DNA of 61,731 bases, filler included, from Candidatus Babelota bacterium (lineage in GTDB: Bacteria > JAGOBX01): NCBI GenBank assembly GCA_017999075.1. It is 9 parts of 9 records of this genome, joined end to end, with 100 filler letters (N's around TTAATTAATTAA, not from the genome) between each part and the next. Parts side by side here need not be neighbours in the genome. Positions count along the whole stretch, not along the records: positions 9,694 to 14,436 come from JAGOBX010000324.1; positions 14,537 to 37,609 come from JAGOBX010000006.1; 7 more parts are not named here. The stretch is one strand, 5' to 3'. This document shows, piece by piece, positions 9,694 through 19,376 of the stretch. Position 1 is the first letter of the stretch; every line of letters starts with the position of its first letter. Made by a program: the position numbers and the translations under genes. The notes beneath the pieces are model-generated. The model saw only the letters and a program-made list of their open reading frames with translations. It was not told the DNA's origin and did not search any database.

Positions 9694-10764
9694 AATGATA
9701 TGTACGTTGATTGGGATATGTCCAATCTTATTGACGGAGAATACATTATAAAGAGTGTGATAATTGATAAAAATAATGTTGAAGAACCGTACCCTATGGG
9801 AGTTAAGATTATTAAAGGTATTCAAGCTGTATCCGATTATTGGATAAATGAAACTGATCCTGAAGTTCCTGTTTTAGTACAGACAATAATTCCAGGACTG
9901 CAGGGGGATAATATTGTAACTCAATATGAAAATTCTGAAGATGTTTACGGAAATATTACCACCACAAAAGTAGAAGTTAAAATACCGGGAAATTCGCTTG
10001 ATACTTCTGCGGTTGCAGAGCAGCGTATTATTATATCTACTCTTGATAATGAAGCAGTGAATGATTATAATGTTAACCCTCCTGCTGGAGATTCATTTGC
10101 GGGATTTTCTGTAGTAGTAATTGATTTGTATGATCCGGCAGTTATTAATGCAGGAGATATAATAGAAAAACTCGTTACAACAGGAACAAAAACTGATTTA
10201 AAAGGTTCTGTTATAATAAAATTAACATATCTTGACAATGACAATGATGGTTGGGTTGACAATATGAATGGCATTCGTGAAGAATGGCTGAGAATGTTCT
10301 ACAGAGAAAATATAAATGAAAAATGGAATAAAATTGCCGATAATAATATTCTTTCAGATTATAGTTTAAACATTATTTCGTGTACATTTACGCATTTTAC
10401 TATGTTCGGATTATTTCCTGATACAAGTATAATGCCTGCGTTGGGAATAGGTTCAGAAACAATAGCTGTATATCCGAATCCTTATATTCCTTCGGATAAT
10501 GGAGATCAGGGAAGGCAATATTCAATTTCTTCTCCGGCATCTTCAGGTATAATATTTGACGGATTGAGTGAAGGTACAATTGTTAAAGTATATACTATTC
10601 GCGGTCAGCTTGTTTGGGAATATGTTCATACAGGAGCATCGAAATTGAAAAATTGGGATGTTAAGAATCTTAATGGCAGAGACGTGGCAAGCGGCTGGTA
10701 TTTATACGTTATAGATAAACCTGGAAGAGGTAAAGTTACAGGAAAACTTGCTGTAATAAGATAA
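9694..10764 (+). CDS. C-terminal part of a secreted protein with FlgD-Ig / T9SS type A-like sorting domain
   Basis: VYPNPY...VKVYTIRGQLV...WDVKNLNGRDVASGWYLYVI...GKLAVIR; begins at contig edge. Confidence 0.75.
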   Translation, partial: NDMYVDWDMSNLIDGEYIIKSVIIDKNNVEEPYPMGVKIIKGIQAVSDYWINETDPEVPVLVQTIIPGLQGDNIVTQYENSEDVYGNITTTKVEVKIPGNSLDTSAVAEQRIIISTLDNEAVNDYNVNPPAGDSFAGFSVVVIDLYDPAVINAGDIIEKLVTTGTKTDLKGSVIIKLTYLDNDNDGWVDNMNGIREEWLRMFYRENINEKWNKIADNNILSDYSLNIISCTFTHFTMFGLFPDTSIMPALGIGSETIAVYPNPYIPSDNGDQGRQYSISSPASSGIIFDGLSEGTIVKVYTIRGQLVWEYVHTGASKLKNWDVKNLNGRDVASGWYLYVIDKPGRGKVTGKLAVIR

Positions 10765-10871
10765 AAAACAGAAACGAAAATATAGAAAAATATAAGAAAT
10801 GGTTTGGTTTGATGTATTAGCGGTTTTGGAGTTATTTTGATTAATGTAAAAAGAATTAAAAGTTTACGGAA

Positions 10872-12128
10872 ATGAAAAATATGAAAAAAATTTATATAAT
10901 AGTTTTTTTAATTAGTTTTCTAATGATTTATTCGGAGTCGGCAGAATCTAAACAGGGTAAAGCAGGAACTAAATCGGCAGAGTTTATAACTCTTGGTTTT
11001 GGTTCCCGTCCTTTATCTATGAGCGGAGCGTATACTGCTGTTGATGATGATATATTTTCAGCGTTCTGGAATCCTGCAGGATTAGCTTCTTTAAAAAATA
11101 TGCAGATTGCTTTGATGCATAATTCTTTGCCCGAAGATATCAGTCAGGAGTATGTATCATTAGGTATACCAATAAAAAATTCAAATTCAAAATACAACCC
11201 TTATATTGCGTTAACTTTAAATTTCGGAAAATACGGGGATGAAAGTGTAACCACTTATTCAAAACCTTATGGAACAGGTTCTACTTTTGATGGTTCTGAT
11301 TTAATGGTTGAATTAAGTTTTGCCAATAAATTAAATGATAAATTGTTAGCAGGCATAAACGGAAAATTTATTAAACAGGAACTGTATAATTACGATGGCA
11401 CAGCATTTGCTGTTGATTTAGGAATGATAATGAAAATGAATGATAATTTATCATTAGGTGCCGGCGTTTTTAATATAGGAAGTAAAATTAAATTCATAAA
11501 TGAAAATGAAGAAATACCGTTACAACTGAAAACAGGAATTTCATTGAAAATATCGGATTATTTGCTTACCAATGGAGATATTATTTATACTAAAGATCAG
11601 AATTTTGATATGGCAGTAGGATTTGAATTGAAATTTTTGAAAATGCTGGCAGCACGTGCCGGATTCAATACAGTTAACGAAGCAGGCAGCGGTTTAACTC
11701 TTGGATTAGGATTGAGTTTTGATAAACTTAATTTTGATTATACATACGAGCCATACGGCGATTTCAATTCGTCTCATAAAGTTTCTATTGATTATGCTTT
11801 CGGCGAAACTGTTAAGAAAGACAGGCCATTAAAAAATATTATTGATGAACTTGCCAAGAAACCAGCGCAACGAAGCAATAGAATTGAAGATTTGATTAAA
11901 GAAGGATATTTATATATTTTAGACGGCAATTATTTCAGCGCTATGTTTAAATTTAATGAAGCAGTTAAATTAGATAAATTCAATGTTTCTGCAAGATTAT
12001 GGCTTGCTTATACTCACACCCGTCTCGGTAATAAAAAAGCTGCAATAAGTGAATATGAAAGAGTTCTTCAGTTAGACCCGTTGAATTCTAATGCAATTCA
12101 GGCATTAAGAATTTTGAAAAGAAAATAG
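10872..12128 (+). CDS. PorV/PorQ-like (FadL-type) outer-membrane barrel with C-terminal TPR
   Basis: EFITLGFGSRPLSMSGAYTAVDDD..SAFWNPAGL; ends FDYTYEPYGDF..SHKVSIDYAF, then TPR helices. Confidence 0.8.
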   Translation: MKNMKKIYIIVFLISFLMIYSESAESKQGKAGTKSAEFITLGFGSRPLSMSGAYTAVDDDIFSAFWNPAGLASLKNMQIALMHNSLPEDISQEYVSLGIPIKNSNSKYNPYIALTLNFGKYGDESVTTYSKPYGTGSTFDGSDLMVELSFANKLNDKLLAGINGKFIKQELYNYDGTAFAVDLGMIMKMNDNLSLGAGVFNIGSKIKFINENEEIPLQLKTGISLKISDYLLTNGDIIYTKDQNFDMAVGFELKFLKMLAARAGFNTVNEAGSGLTLGLGLSFDKLNFDYTYEPYGDFNSSHKVSIDYAFGETVKKDRPLKNIIDELAKKPAQRSNRIEDLIKEGYLYILDGNYFSAMFKFNEAVKLDKFNVSARLWLAYTHTRLGNKKAAISEYERVLQLDPLNSNAIQALRILKRK

Positions 12129-12255
12129 AGTGAAAAAATATAAATTTGATTCTGCTGCCTGAAGTTTAGAAATAGGATTTTGAAACAAATATTAAAATAA
12201 TTTTTTATAACAATATGAAATCTGGTATTTTATTATTTTATTTGAGAATTTTGTA

Positions 12256-12930
12256 CTAGGGATTTTTTCTAAAAGTAATTTTAAAATGATAATAGAATAT
12301 ATAATAAATATATCTTACCATTCTTGAAAAATCTTTTTTTCCTGAAAATTTTGATTCTCCATATTTTCGGTATCCATAAACATACGGAACTTCTGATATT
12401 TTTTTATTTTTGTTATGAAGCATAAACTCAATAATCCATTCTCCGTGTATTGCAGAAGACTGATATTGAAAACATTTTTTTTTTGCCATTAAAAATCCGC
12501 CGGTAAAATCTGAAACTCTTGTGCCTGCAAGAATATTCATCAATCTGTTATATAATAACTGCAGTCTCCATCTTTTTTTATTATCCATTCCTCCGCCGGA
12601 AATAAATCTGGAATATTTAACAATATCGACAATATCCTGTTCTATAAGGCAAGCAGCTTTCAGAACTTCAACAGGATGACTTAAATCACCGTCTACAATG
12701 GCTACTATATCGTGTGCCGCATTTTTCACCCCGTCTATGACAGCTGACCCCACGCCGAATTTTTCTTTTCTTAAAACTATTTTACAACCGTATTTTTCAG
12801 CTGTTTCTACAGTTTTGTCGGAACTATTGTCATCTACAACGACAATTTCGTTACAATAATTTTTGAGTTTAGGCAATAAAATTTCAAGATTTTTTTCTTC
12901 GTTAAATGCAGGTATTATTACAGTAAGCAT
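12256..12930 (-). CDS. GT2 glycosyltransferase, polyprenol-phosphate mannosyltransferase (DPM1)-like
   Basis: VIIPAFNE, VVDDNSSD, DGDLSHP, R.YGESK. Confidence 0.9.
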   Translation of the reverse strand: MLTVIIPAFNEEKNLEILLPKLKNYCNEIVVVDDNSSDKTVETAEKYGCKIVLRKEKFGVGSAVIDGVKNAAHDIVAIVDGDLSHPVEVLKAACLIEQDIVDIVKYSRFISGGGMDNKKRWRLQLLYNRLMNILAGTRVSDFTGGFLMAKKKCFQYQSSAIHGEWIIEFMLHNKNKKISEVPYVYGYRKYGESKFSGKKDFSRMVRYIYYIFYYHFKITFRKNP

Positions 12931-12948
12931 AAGTTTATTATATGAAAA

Positions 12949-13311
12949 TTATTTTGTGAAACCTTTAAATTTATGAATTTTAACCCAAATAAAGCCGATA
13001 TTGTTTTCGACAATTTTTTGTTTAACTTCTTCAGTTACTACCATGCCGCTTGAATATAATGGAAAATTATTTTTATCTTTTATATCTTTTGACAGCACAT
13101 CGCCTTCTTCAAGCATTTCTGCAGGTTTGAGTTTTTCCGCATTTTTATCAATTTTTATTTCAAACGGTTTGATTTTGTTCTGTAATTCTTCTATGTTTTT
13201 GAGTGTTGCCCGATTTTTAATTTTCAGGACTATCAAACTTATAATGCTTATTCCGCAGATTACAGATAATATTATAAAATAAAAATCGTCTTCAAGCAGG
13301 GCGGCGTTCAA
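12949..13311 (-). CDS. Small single-TM hypothetical protein
   Basis: One hydrophobic helix; C-terminal LEEGDVLSKDI...GMVVTEE resembles the N-terminal module of HD-GYP proteins; start overlaps the pnp-like stop. Confidence 0.55.
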   Translation of the reverse strand: MNAALLEDDFYFIILSVICGISIISLIVLKIKNRATLKNIEELQNKIKPFEIKIDKNAEKLKPAEMLEEGDVLSKDIKDKNNFPLYSSGMVVTEEVKQKIVENNIGFIWVKIHKFKGFTK

Positions 13312-14436
13312 AACAACGCCTCCATTTTTTCAAGAATTTCAAGTCTGTTGGATTCGGCCTGATTGAATGTTTTTTCTATTATATCCAAATCTATATTCTG
13401 AATTTTTATATCTAATTGCAATCCTGTTATTCCTGTTTTTGTGCCAGCAATTTTAAAATCCATATCCCCGCAATGATCTTCGAGCTCATTTATATCGGTT
13501 AACAGAATATTTTTTTCATTGCCTTTTATTAGTCCTATAGATATTCCTGCTGCTAATTCTGAAATGGGAACTCCAGCATCTTTTAATGAAATTGATGCGC
13601 CGCATACGCTTGCCATAGACGATGAACCATCTGATTCAAGTATTTCCGAAACCGTACGTATATTATGATTATAGTCTTTAGATGAAGGAATTATTGTTTT
13701 TAATGATTTTTCAGCAAGAAAACCGTGCCCATATTCTCTTCTTGAAATTGAACTCTTTTTTTTACAATCTCCTACTGAAAATCCAGGGAAATTGTAATGC
13801 AGGAAAAATAATTTTTCAGAATTTTTATTATTGGATTCTTTGCGTTCAGAACCTATTGTGGTAACAGCAAGACATTGAGTCCCGCCCCTCGTGAATAATG
13901 CTGAACCGTGAGCGGAAGGAAGAAGCCCTCTTTCACAAAATATATCCCGGAGCTGAGTATAATTTCTGTTGTCAAGTCTTTTACCTGTTTCTGAAATATA
14001 TTTCCTGAATAAGGAATATTTAATTTTTTTTAATATTTTATTTAATAAAACATTTTTTTCGTTTAATGATAAATATTCTGATTTTAAATTTTTTATATAA
14101 TCTGAGACATTATTATAGAATGTTATTCCGTCATTAGAATATAATAATTTATTATAATCGGTTTTAATTTTTTCATTTAAATTTTTGTACAAATCTTCAT
14201 TTTCCAAATTATTATCAACATATATTTTATTTTTAATTGTTGTTTTTGAAATAAATTCTTGTTGGATATCAATTAATTTTATTATATTTTTTTGGGCAAT
14301 ATCGGTTGCGGTTATAATATCCTGTTTATTTGCATTATTTCCTTCGCATTCAATCATAGTAATTCCGGATTGCGTTCCAGCTACGAAAATTTGAAAATCA
14401 GAATCTTTTAATGTTAAAAAATCAGGATTTATAATA
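13308..14436 (-). CDS. pnp: Polyribonucleotide nucleotidyltransferase-like protein; 5'-truncated by contig edge, ends before KH/S1
   Basis: Frame open to the contig edge (INPDF...FVAGTQSGITMIE); HGSALFTRG, LHYNFP, RREYGHG, SEILESDGSSSMASVCG, EDHCGDMDFKIAG. Confidence 0.85.
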
Positions 14437-14536
14437 NNNNNNNNNNNNNNNNNNNNNNNNNNNNNNNNNNNNNNNNNNNNTTAATTAATTAANNNNNNNN
14501 NNNNNNNNNNNNNNNNNNNNNNNNNNNNNNNNNNNN
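14437..14536. other. Artificial contig linker
   Basis: 100-bp N-TTAATTAATTAA-N. Confidence 0.98.
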
Positions 14537-15267
14537 TGTTGAACTCGATTGATAAATGGATTTTTAGATTTCAATATGGAAAAGCCTATCAGGCGGCAGA
14601 TGACTGGCATAAATATGCAACTGATCCTGGAGTAAGAAATTATCCTTCATTGGATTTGCAGCCTGAAAAAATAACATCATACGAAATCAGCGCCACTTTC
14701 ATTCCGTTTGGAGAAATGCTGGTAACTGCTTCAATTTTTAAAAATGATATAGATAATTTGATATCTCCTGGAATTGATGTTAATGATAATCCTTATTATA
14801 CCAATAAATCAAAAGCTGAGATCATAGGATATGAAATTTCTTACAGATATAATATTAAAAATACTTTTATAATTGATGCTAATTTTTCAGGAGCTAAAAA
14901 TGAAGATGGAAACGGAAGAGAAATAGGAGATATTGCAAAAATTAAAGCGAATATAGGCGTAATGTGCAGATTTTTTGAAAATAGTTTACAGATAACTCCA
15001 AAAATAAATTACGTTGGTAAAAAATTAAGTTATGGACGCGGACTGAAACCGTCATCAGTAGAAAAAATTGATGATTATGCAATATTGGGAATTAATTGCA
15101 GGTATTTATTAAAAGGCACCGGTTTAGAATTTAATATAAAAATTGACAATTTGCTGAATAAAAAATATTATAATCCTGGACCAAGAGAAGCTGATGGTTC
15201 AAAATATCCGGCTAAAGTTTTGCAGCCGGGGTTCAATATGTTGATAGGAATTAGATATAGAATTTAA
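14537..15267 (+). CDS. TonB-dependent receptor, C-terminal fragment
   Basis: LQPEKITSYE, IDNLLNKKYY, terminal strand IGIRYRI. Confidence 0.85.
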
Positions 15268-15380
15268 TTTGTTTATTATTAATTATAATATAATATAAAT
15301 GCTGCGTTTTAAATAAATACGCCGGTAGTAAATTCCTCCAAAAAAGGGAAAATACTTAATCAATAGAAACTATTTGCGTT

Positions 15381-15405
15381 ATGATATGATATGATATGAT
15401 ATGAT
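15381..15405 (+). repeat. (ATGAT)5 pentanucleotide tandem repeat overlapping the ABC ATPase start
   Basis: ATGATATGATATGATATGATATGAT read directly. Confidence 0.9.
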
Positions 15406-16195
15406 TATGAAAAGTTTAACTATAAAAAATTTACTGATTTCGTTTAATGGTTCAGGATCATTCAAACTTCATATTGAAAATTTAAATATAAAGAAAGGCG
15501 AGTATATTTCCATAATAGGGCAGAATGGTTCGGGTAAAAGCACACTTCTGAAAACAATAGCAGGGTTGACAGAAAAGTATAGTGGAGAAATTTTAATTGA
15601 TGATACTGATATAAGAAAAATAGGTAATAACGGGATTGCAAAAAAAATTGCTTATGTTCCTCAATTTAACAGCGGATTGCGTTTTTTTAATTTTACAGTT
15701 TTTGAATTTGTTCTTACAGGAAGATTTCCATATATAAATAAATTTGCAGGATATACGCATGAAGATAAAGAAATTGTAAGGAATGTAATTGAGTATCTTC
15801 GAATTGAAAAATATTCTGACAGAAAAATGTCTACGTTAAGCGGCGGAGAATTACAGAAAGCTGCAATAGGAGCTGCTCTTGCTCAGCAAAGCGATATTCT
15901 GTTATTCGATGAAGTAAATGCTTTTCTTGATTATAAACACAAACTTGAACTTGACGAGATTTTACAGCGTCTTCTTGAACGTGAGGAAACTATTATTTCT
16001 GTAACACATAATATAAATGATGAATCAGTGAAATCAGGCAAAATACTTGCACTTAAAAACGGTGAAATGATATATTTCGGCTGCTCATCTGATTTTTTTA
16101 AAAATGATGGACTTGAGAAAGTTTATGATGTTAAATTTTGCGAATCAAAGATAGATAAATTGAACAGGAATATTTTTATAGCTTATAAAATATGA
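15401..16195 (+). CDS. ABC ATPase, iron-chelate/cobalamin (FecE/BtuD-type)
   Basis: GQNGSGKS, LSGGELQK, LLFDE, VTH. Confidence 0.9.
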   Translation: MIMKSLTIKNLLISFNGSGSFKLHIENLNIKKGEYISIIGQNGSGKSTLLKTIAGLTEKYSGEILIDDTDIRKIGNNGIAKKIAYVPQFNSGLRFFNFTVFEFVLTGRFPYINKFAGYTHEDKEIVRNVIEYLRIEKYSDRKMSTLSGGELQKAAIGAALAQQSDILLFDEVNAFLDYKHKLELDEILQRLLEREETIISVTHNINDESVKSGKILALKNGEMIYFGCSSDFFKNDGLEKVYDVKFCESKIDKLNRNIFIAYKI

Positions 16196-17169
16196 AGATA
16201 AAATTGTTTATTTTGATTTTATTTACTGTATTAGTAATATTGGTTTCTCCATATATCGGAAAGATTGAATCTGAATCTGGAATTTATAAGCTGTATTTCG
16301 GAACAGGATCAAATCAAAATATTATTATAAGAGATATTAGAATTCCGCAAACTTTAATGGCTTTTTTTGTTGGGTTTGCATTATCTGTTTGCGGATTGGT
16401 ATATCAAACATTATTTCATAATGATCTTGCTTCTCCATTCACGTTAGGGGTTTCATCCGGAGCTGCATTTGGAGCAGCTCTTGCTATCAAAATGCAGTTT
16501 GTTTCATATTTTTATTTACCTGCTGCGCCTTTGTTTGCATTCATATTCGGCTGCATTACAGTATTATTGCTGATTTGTCTTCCCTTATTCAGAAAAAGTT
16601 TTGATACGTTCACACTGTTACTAACAGGGGTGGCTTTGAATTTTTTTTATTCATCTCTTATACTTCTTATATCTTATTTGAGTAATTACAGTGAAACATT
16701 TCATATACATAGATGGCTTATGGGATCAATTGATGAACTGGGATACCAGAATGTTATACCTGTTTCTGTTTTGTGTTTAATTGTATGGATTATAATATAT
16801 TATTTTCGTGAAGATTTGAATATTATTCTGCTGTCAGACGAAACAGCGCAAACAAGAGGAATAAATATTTCCAAACTTAAAATAATTCTTCTTGCAGCCA
16901 CATCAATACTATTGGCGTTTTGTGTTGCGTTATGCGGACCTATAGGATTTATAGGAATAATATGTCCTCATATCTCAAAAATTATTTTTGGACACAATCA
17001 CAAGATTGTTCTGCCTGTTTCAGCTTTGTTAGGCGGTTTATTTTTATGTTTATGTTTTACAATATCAAGATTGATTATTTTTCCGTTTATTGTGCCTGTA
17101 GGAATTATAACTTCTTTTATAGGCGGTCCTTTTTTGATATTTATTTTATTTCGCAGCAAATCTGTATAA
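16192..17169 (+). CDS. FecCD/BtuC-family ABC permease
   Basis: IRIP, LFHNDLASPFTLGVSSGA, WLMGS, GPIGFIGII, PVGIIT..IGGP. Confidence 0.92.
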   Translation: MKIKLFILILFTVLVILVSPYIGKIESESGIYKLYFGTGSNQNIIIRDIRIPQTLMAFFVGFALSVCGLVYQTLFHNDLASPFTLGVSSGAAFGAALAIKMQFVSYFYLPAAPLFAFIFGCITVLLLICLPLFRKSFDTFTLLLTGVALNFFYSSLILLISYLSNYSETFHIHRWLMGSIDELGYQNVIPVSVLCLIVWIIIYYFREDLNIILLSDETAQTRGINISKLKIILLAATSILLAFCVALCGPIGFIGIICPHISKIIFGHNHKIVLPVSALLGGLFLCLCFTISRLIIFPFIVPVGIITSFIGGPFLIFILFRSKSV

Positions 17170-17291
17170 CTAATATTTTAAAAAGGATTTCATTGAATAA
17201 ATTAGTTTTGAAATTTAATACCTTACATTAGAATACGCAGAACAATTTATCTCGATAATAACAATTTTAGAATAAATATAGATTATATATT

Positions 17292-17972
17292 ATGAATGAA
17301 AAATATAATTATATTAGCGCAAAGCCCGGAGAAATTATTAATTTTGGAGTTTATCCGCAAAAATCTGCAGGAGAAGATAAGACTCCGATAAAATGGTTTG
17401 TATTACAGAATTCAAACAATGAAATTTTTCTTTTGAGCAAGTATATTATAGACTGCAAACGGTATCACGGAAAGAAAACGGATATTAAGTGGCGTGATTG
17501 CGTTGATATTACATGGCGAGATTGTGATTTGCGTGAATGGTTAAATAAAGAATTTTATAATATTGCGTTCAATGACAATGAAAAGAAATATATAAAGACT
17601 GTTTATTGTAATGACAATGGTGAAGGAAGCCCGGATACAAACGATAAAGTTTTTTTACTTAGTGTTAACGAAATAAAATATTTTTTCAATATATATGGGA
17701 AGGAGCTATTACGTTCAACAGGAACAGATTTTGCAAAAGCAAAAAAAAATGATGGCTGCAACTTATATGTGTACGATAAAAATAACAAAGAGAATTATGT
17801 TATAACCAAAGACGGACTGATTGGTTGTTCATGGTGGTGGTTGAGAACACAAGGGAATAAAGCTTCTCGCGCTGTTTTTATTGGAACTAACTGCAGTATT
17901 CGACGTTATGCAAATGTTAGTCTAGCCCGCGATGGGATCCGGCCTGCTTTGAAACTTAAATTGAAAAAATAA
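17292..17972 (+). CDS. DUF6273-like protein
   Basis: FGVYPQ, PIKWFVL, W..CDLREWLN..FY..AF, DKVFLLS, WWWLRT...GIRPAL. Confidence 0.75.
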   Translation: MNEKYNYISAKPGEIINFGVYPQKSAGEDKTPIKWFVLQNSNNEIFLLSKYIIDCKRYHGKKTDIKWRDCVDITWRDCDLREWLNKEFYNIAFNDNEKKYIKTVYCNDNGEGSPDTNDKVFLLSVNEIKYFFNIYGKELLRSTGTDFAKAKKNDGCNLYVYDKNNKENYVITKDGLIGCSWWWLRTQGNKASRAVFIGTNCSIRRYANVSLARDGIRPALKLKLKK

Positions 17973-18080
17973 ATTCATTGAGTATTTGCATAGATTAAGA
18001 GATAATTTTTTAAAAAACAGGAATTTTATATGTTTTCGATAAAGGTTGTGAATCAAAAATAGCGATTTGATGAATATTGC

Positions 18081-19001
18081 TAAACCGAATATTTAATGAT
18101 AGCCGGGTTAAATTGAATATTCATAAATAATCCAATCCTATTTGTTGATAATTTATTTGTGCTCTATTATTTCCCGAAATTTTTTTTGTATGGATACGAA
18201 ACTGATAAATTGATTTTGATTTTTTTTGTGTTGAACAATAGTGTATCGTGTATTTTAATGAGATTTAATCTTAATGTGCCGCATTGTTTTAATACTAATT
18301 CAGTTTCTGATAAAACAGTTGAACGGATATGCTCAAGCAATATATAGTCTATTATTGTCAATTATTCCGGCATTTTTTATATGACTCTATGAAAATATTT
18401 ATACTCAGTTTGGATATTTGCATCAGTTCATTTTTATCAACTGAATTTTTAAAGCGACAAAGCCTTGGCGCGCTTGCAAGCGTATCGTCGGTATCAATAT
18501 TGACGGCTGCTTTAAACATAAGATTGTTTTTCGGACTATTAACCTCTGTTATATCTTCTTATCCTGCTATGAGTCTATACACAAGCTGACAGATCTTTTT
18601 TTCTTTCGAGCGTTACTTTCTCCTTTCGCGTTTGTTGTTTGTACATTTCGTTATACAGTTCGTTATTCTTAAATTTTTATTAATATGCCTTACAAGAAAC
18701 AACCATTAATCGGATGTAATATGACCGCCGTCAAAATTGACTTCGATTTTTCTATTTTTTATTCCTTGAATTATTTTTATTGTTTTTGTAGAATTTTATT
18801 TGAGCGAAACCACTTTTGAAAATTGTTTTTTATTATACTTTTTTATCAGCAATTCTGATCTTTATATTATATTAATCTTTTTTATTTTTTCACATATCAT
18901 TTTGTATGTAAAATTTTTCCCGCATTTACCGTTTGAAATATAGGATAATTATAGGATTAATCGATTTCTGTTTTAATGTTGATTATGAAATATTCAGGTT
19001 A
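18081..19001 (-). mobile_element. Degenerate, internally deleted IS1380-family insertion sequence
   Basis: Minus-strand fragments: QGIKNRKIEVNFDGGHITSD (~18700-18760); QLVYRLIAG*EDI...LASAPRLCRFKNSVD...IFIESY (~18380-18590); YILLEHIR...QCGTLRLNLIKI...LSVSYPY (18167-18350). Imperfect IR pair 18081-18097 / 18985-19001 (14 of 17 match). Confidence 0.8.
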
Positions 19002-19123
19002 AATATATAAATGAATTCCATTATTTAAGATTAATGTATTTAAAATATAAATTTTATAAAAAATATCCTGAAATAATAACTGAATTTTTTTAAAATAAAT
19101 ATAAAAAAATATTTTTTTTATTA

Positions 19124-19152
19124 TTGACAAAAAATGTTATAATATTTATAAT
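19124..19152 (+). promoter_or_regulatory. Consensus sigma70 promoter upstream of the chemosensory cluster
   Basis: TTGACA (19124-19129), 17-bp spacer, TATAAT (19147-19152). Confidence 0.75.
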
Positions 19153-19376
19153 AAATTAAATATGTAGTAAATTATATAAAATTTACATATATATAAGAAA
19201 TTATTATTTTAGCCGAGTGGGTAATCGCGAAAGTAGAGCCTAAATATTTGCAGTGTTTTATTATTCAGAAATGGACTTCAAAATGTTGCTCTGAGTTGAT
19301 CTGACTTGTATATTTTTAGCATCAAACCTTTCGAAAAATTTTATAATTATCCACTTAATTTAAGAGGTGGAGATTT

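Noticed and set aside
15268..15400. Cobalamin riboswitch or Fur box upstream of the ABC genes
   Set aside because: Only an isolated GGGAA, with no B12-box or ACTG elements; the repeat is a pentamer, not the GATAAT hexamer array.
18159..18589. ORFs 18159-18347, 18167-18361 and 18329-18589 as independent genes
   Set aside because: Explained by the IS1380 remnant: one is its C-terminal fragment, the others are antisense.
19159..19330. 6S or SRP RNA
   Set aside because: No SRP GGAA-loop consensus, no long closing stem and no terminator; kept only as a candidate leader.
17830..19376. Diversity-generating retroelement around the DUF6273-like gene
   Set aside because: No template repeat and no reverse transcriptase visible in the window.
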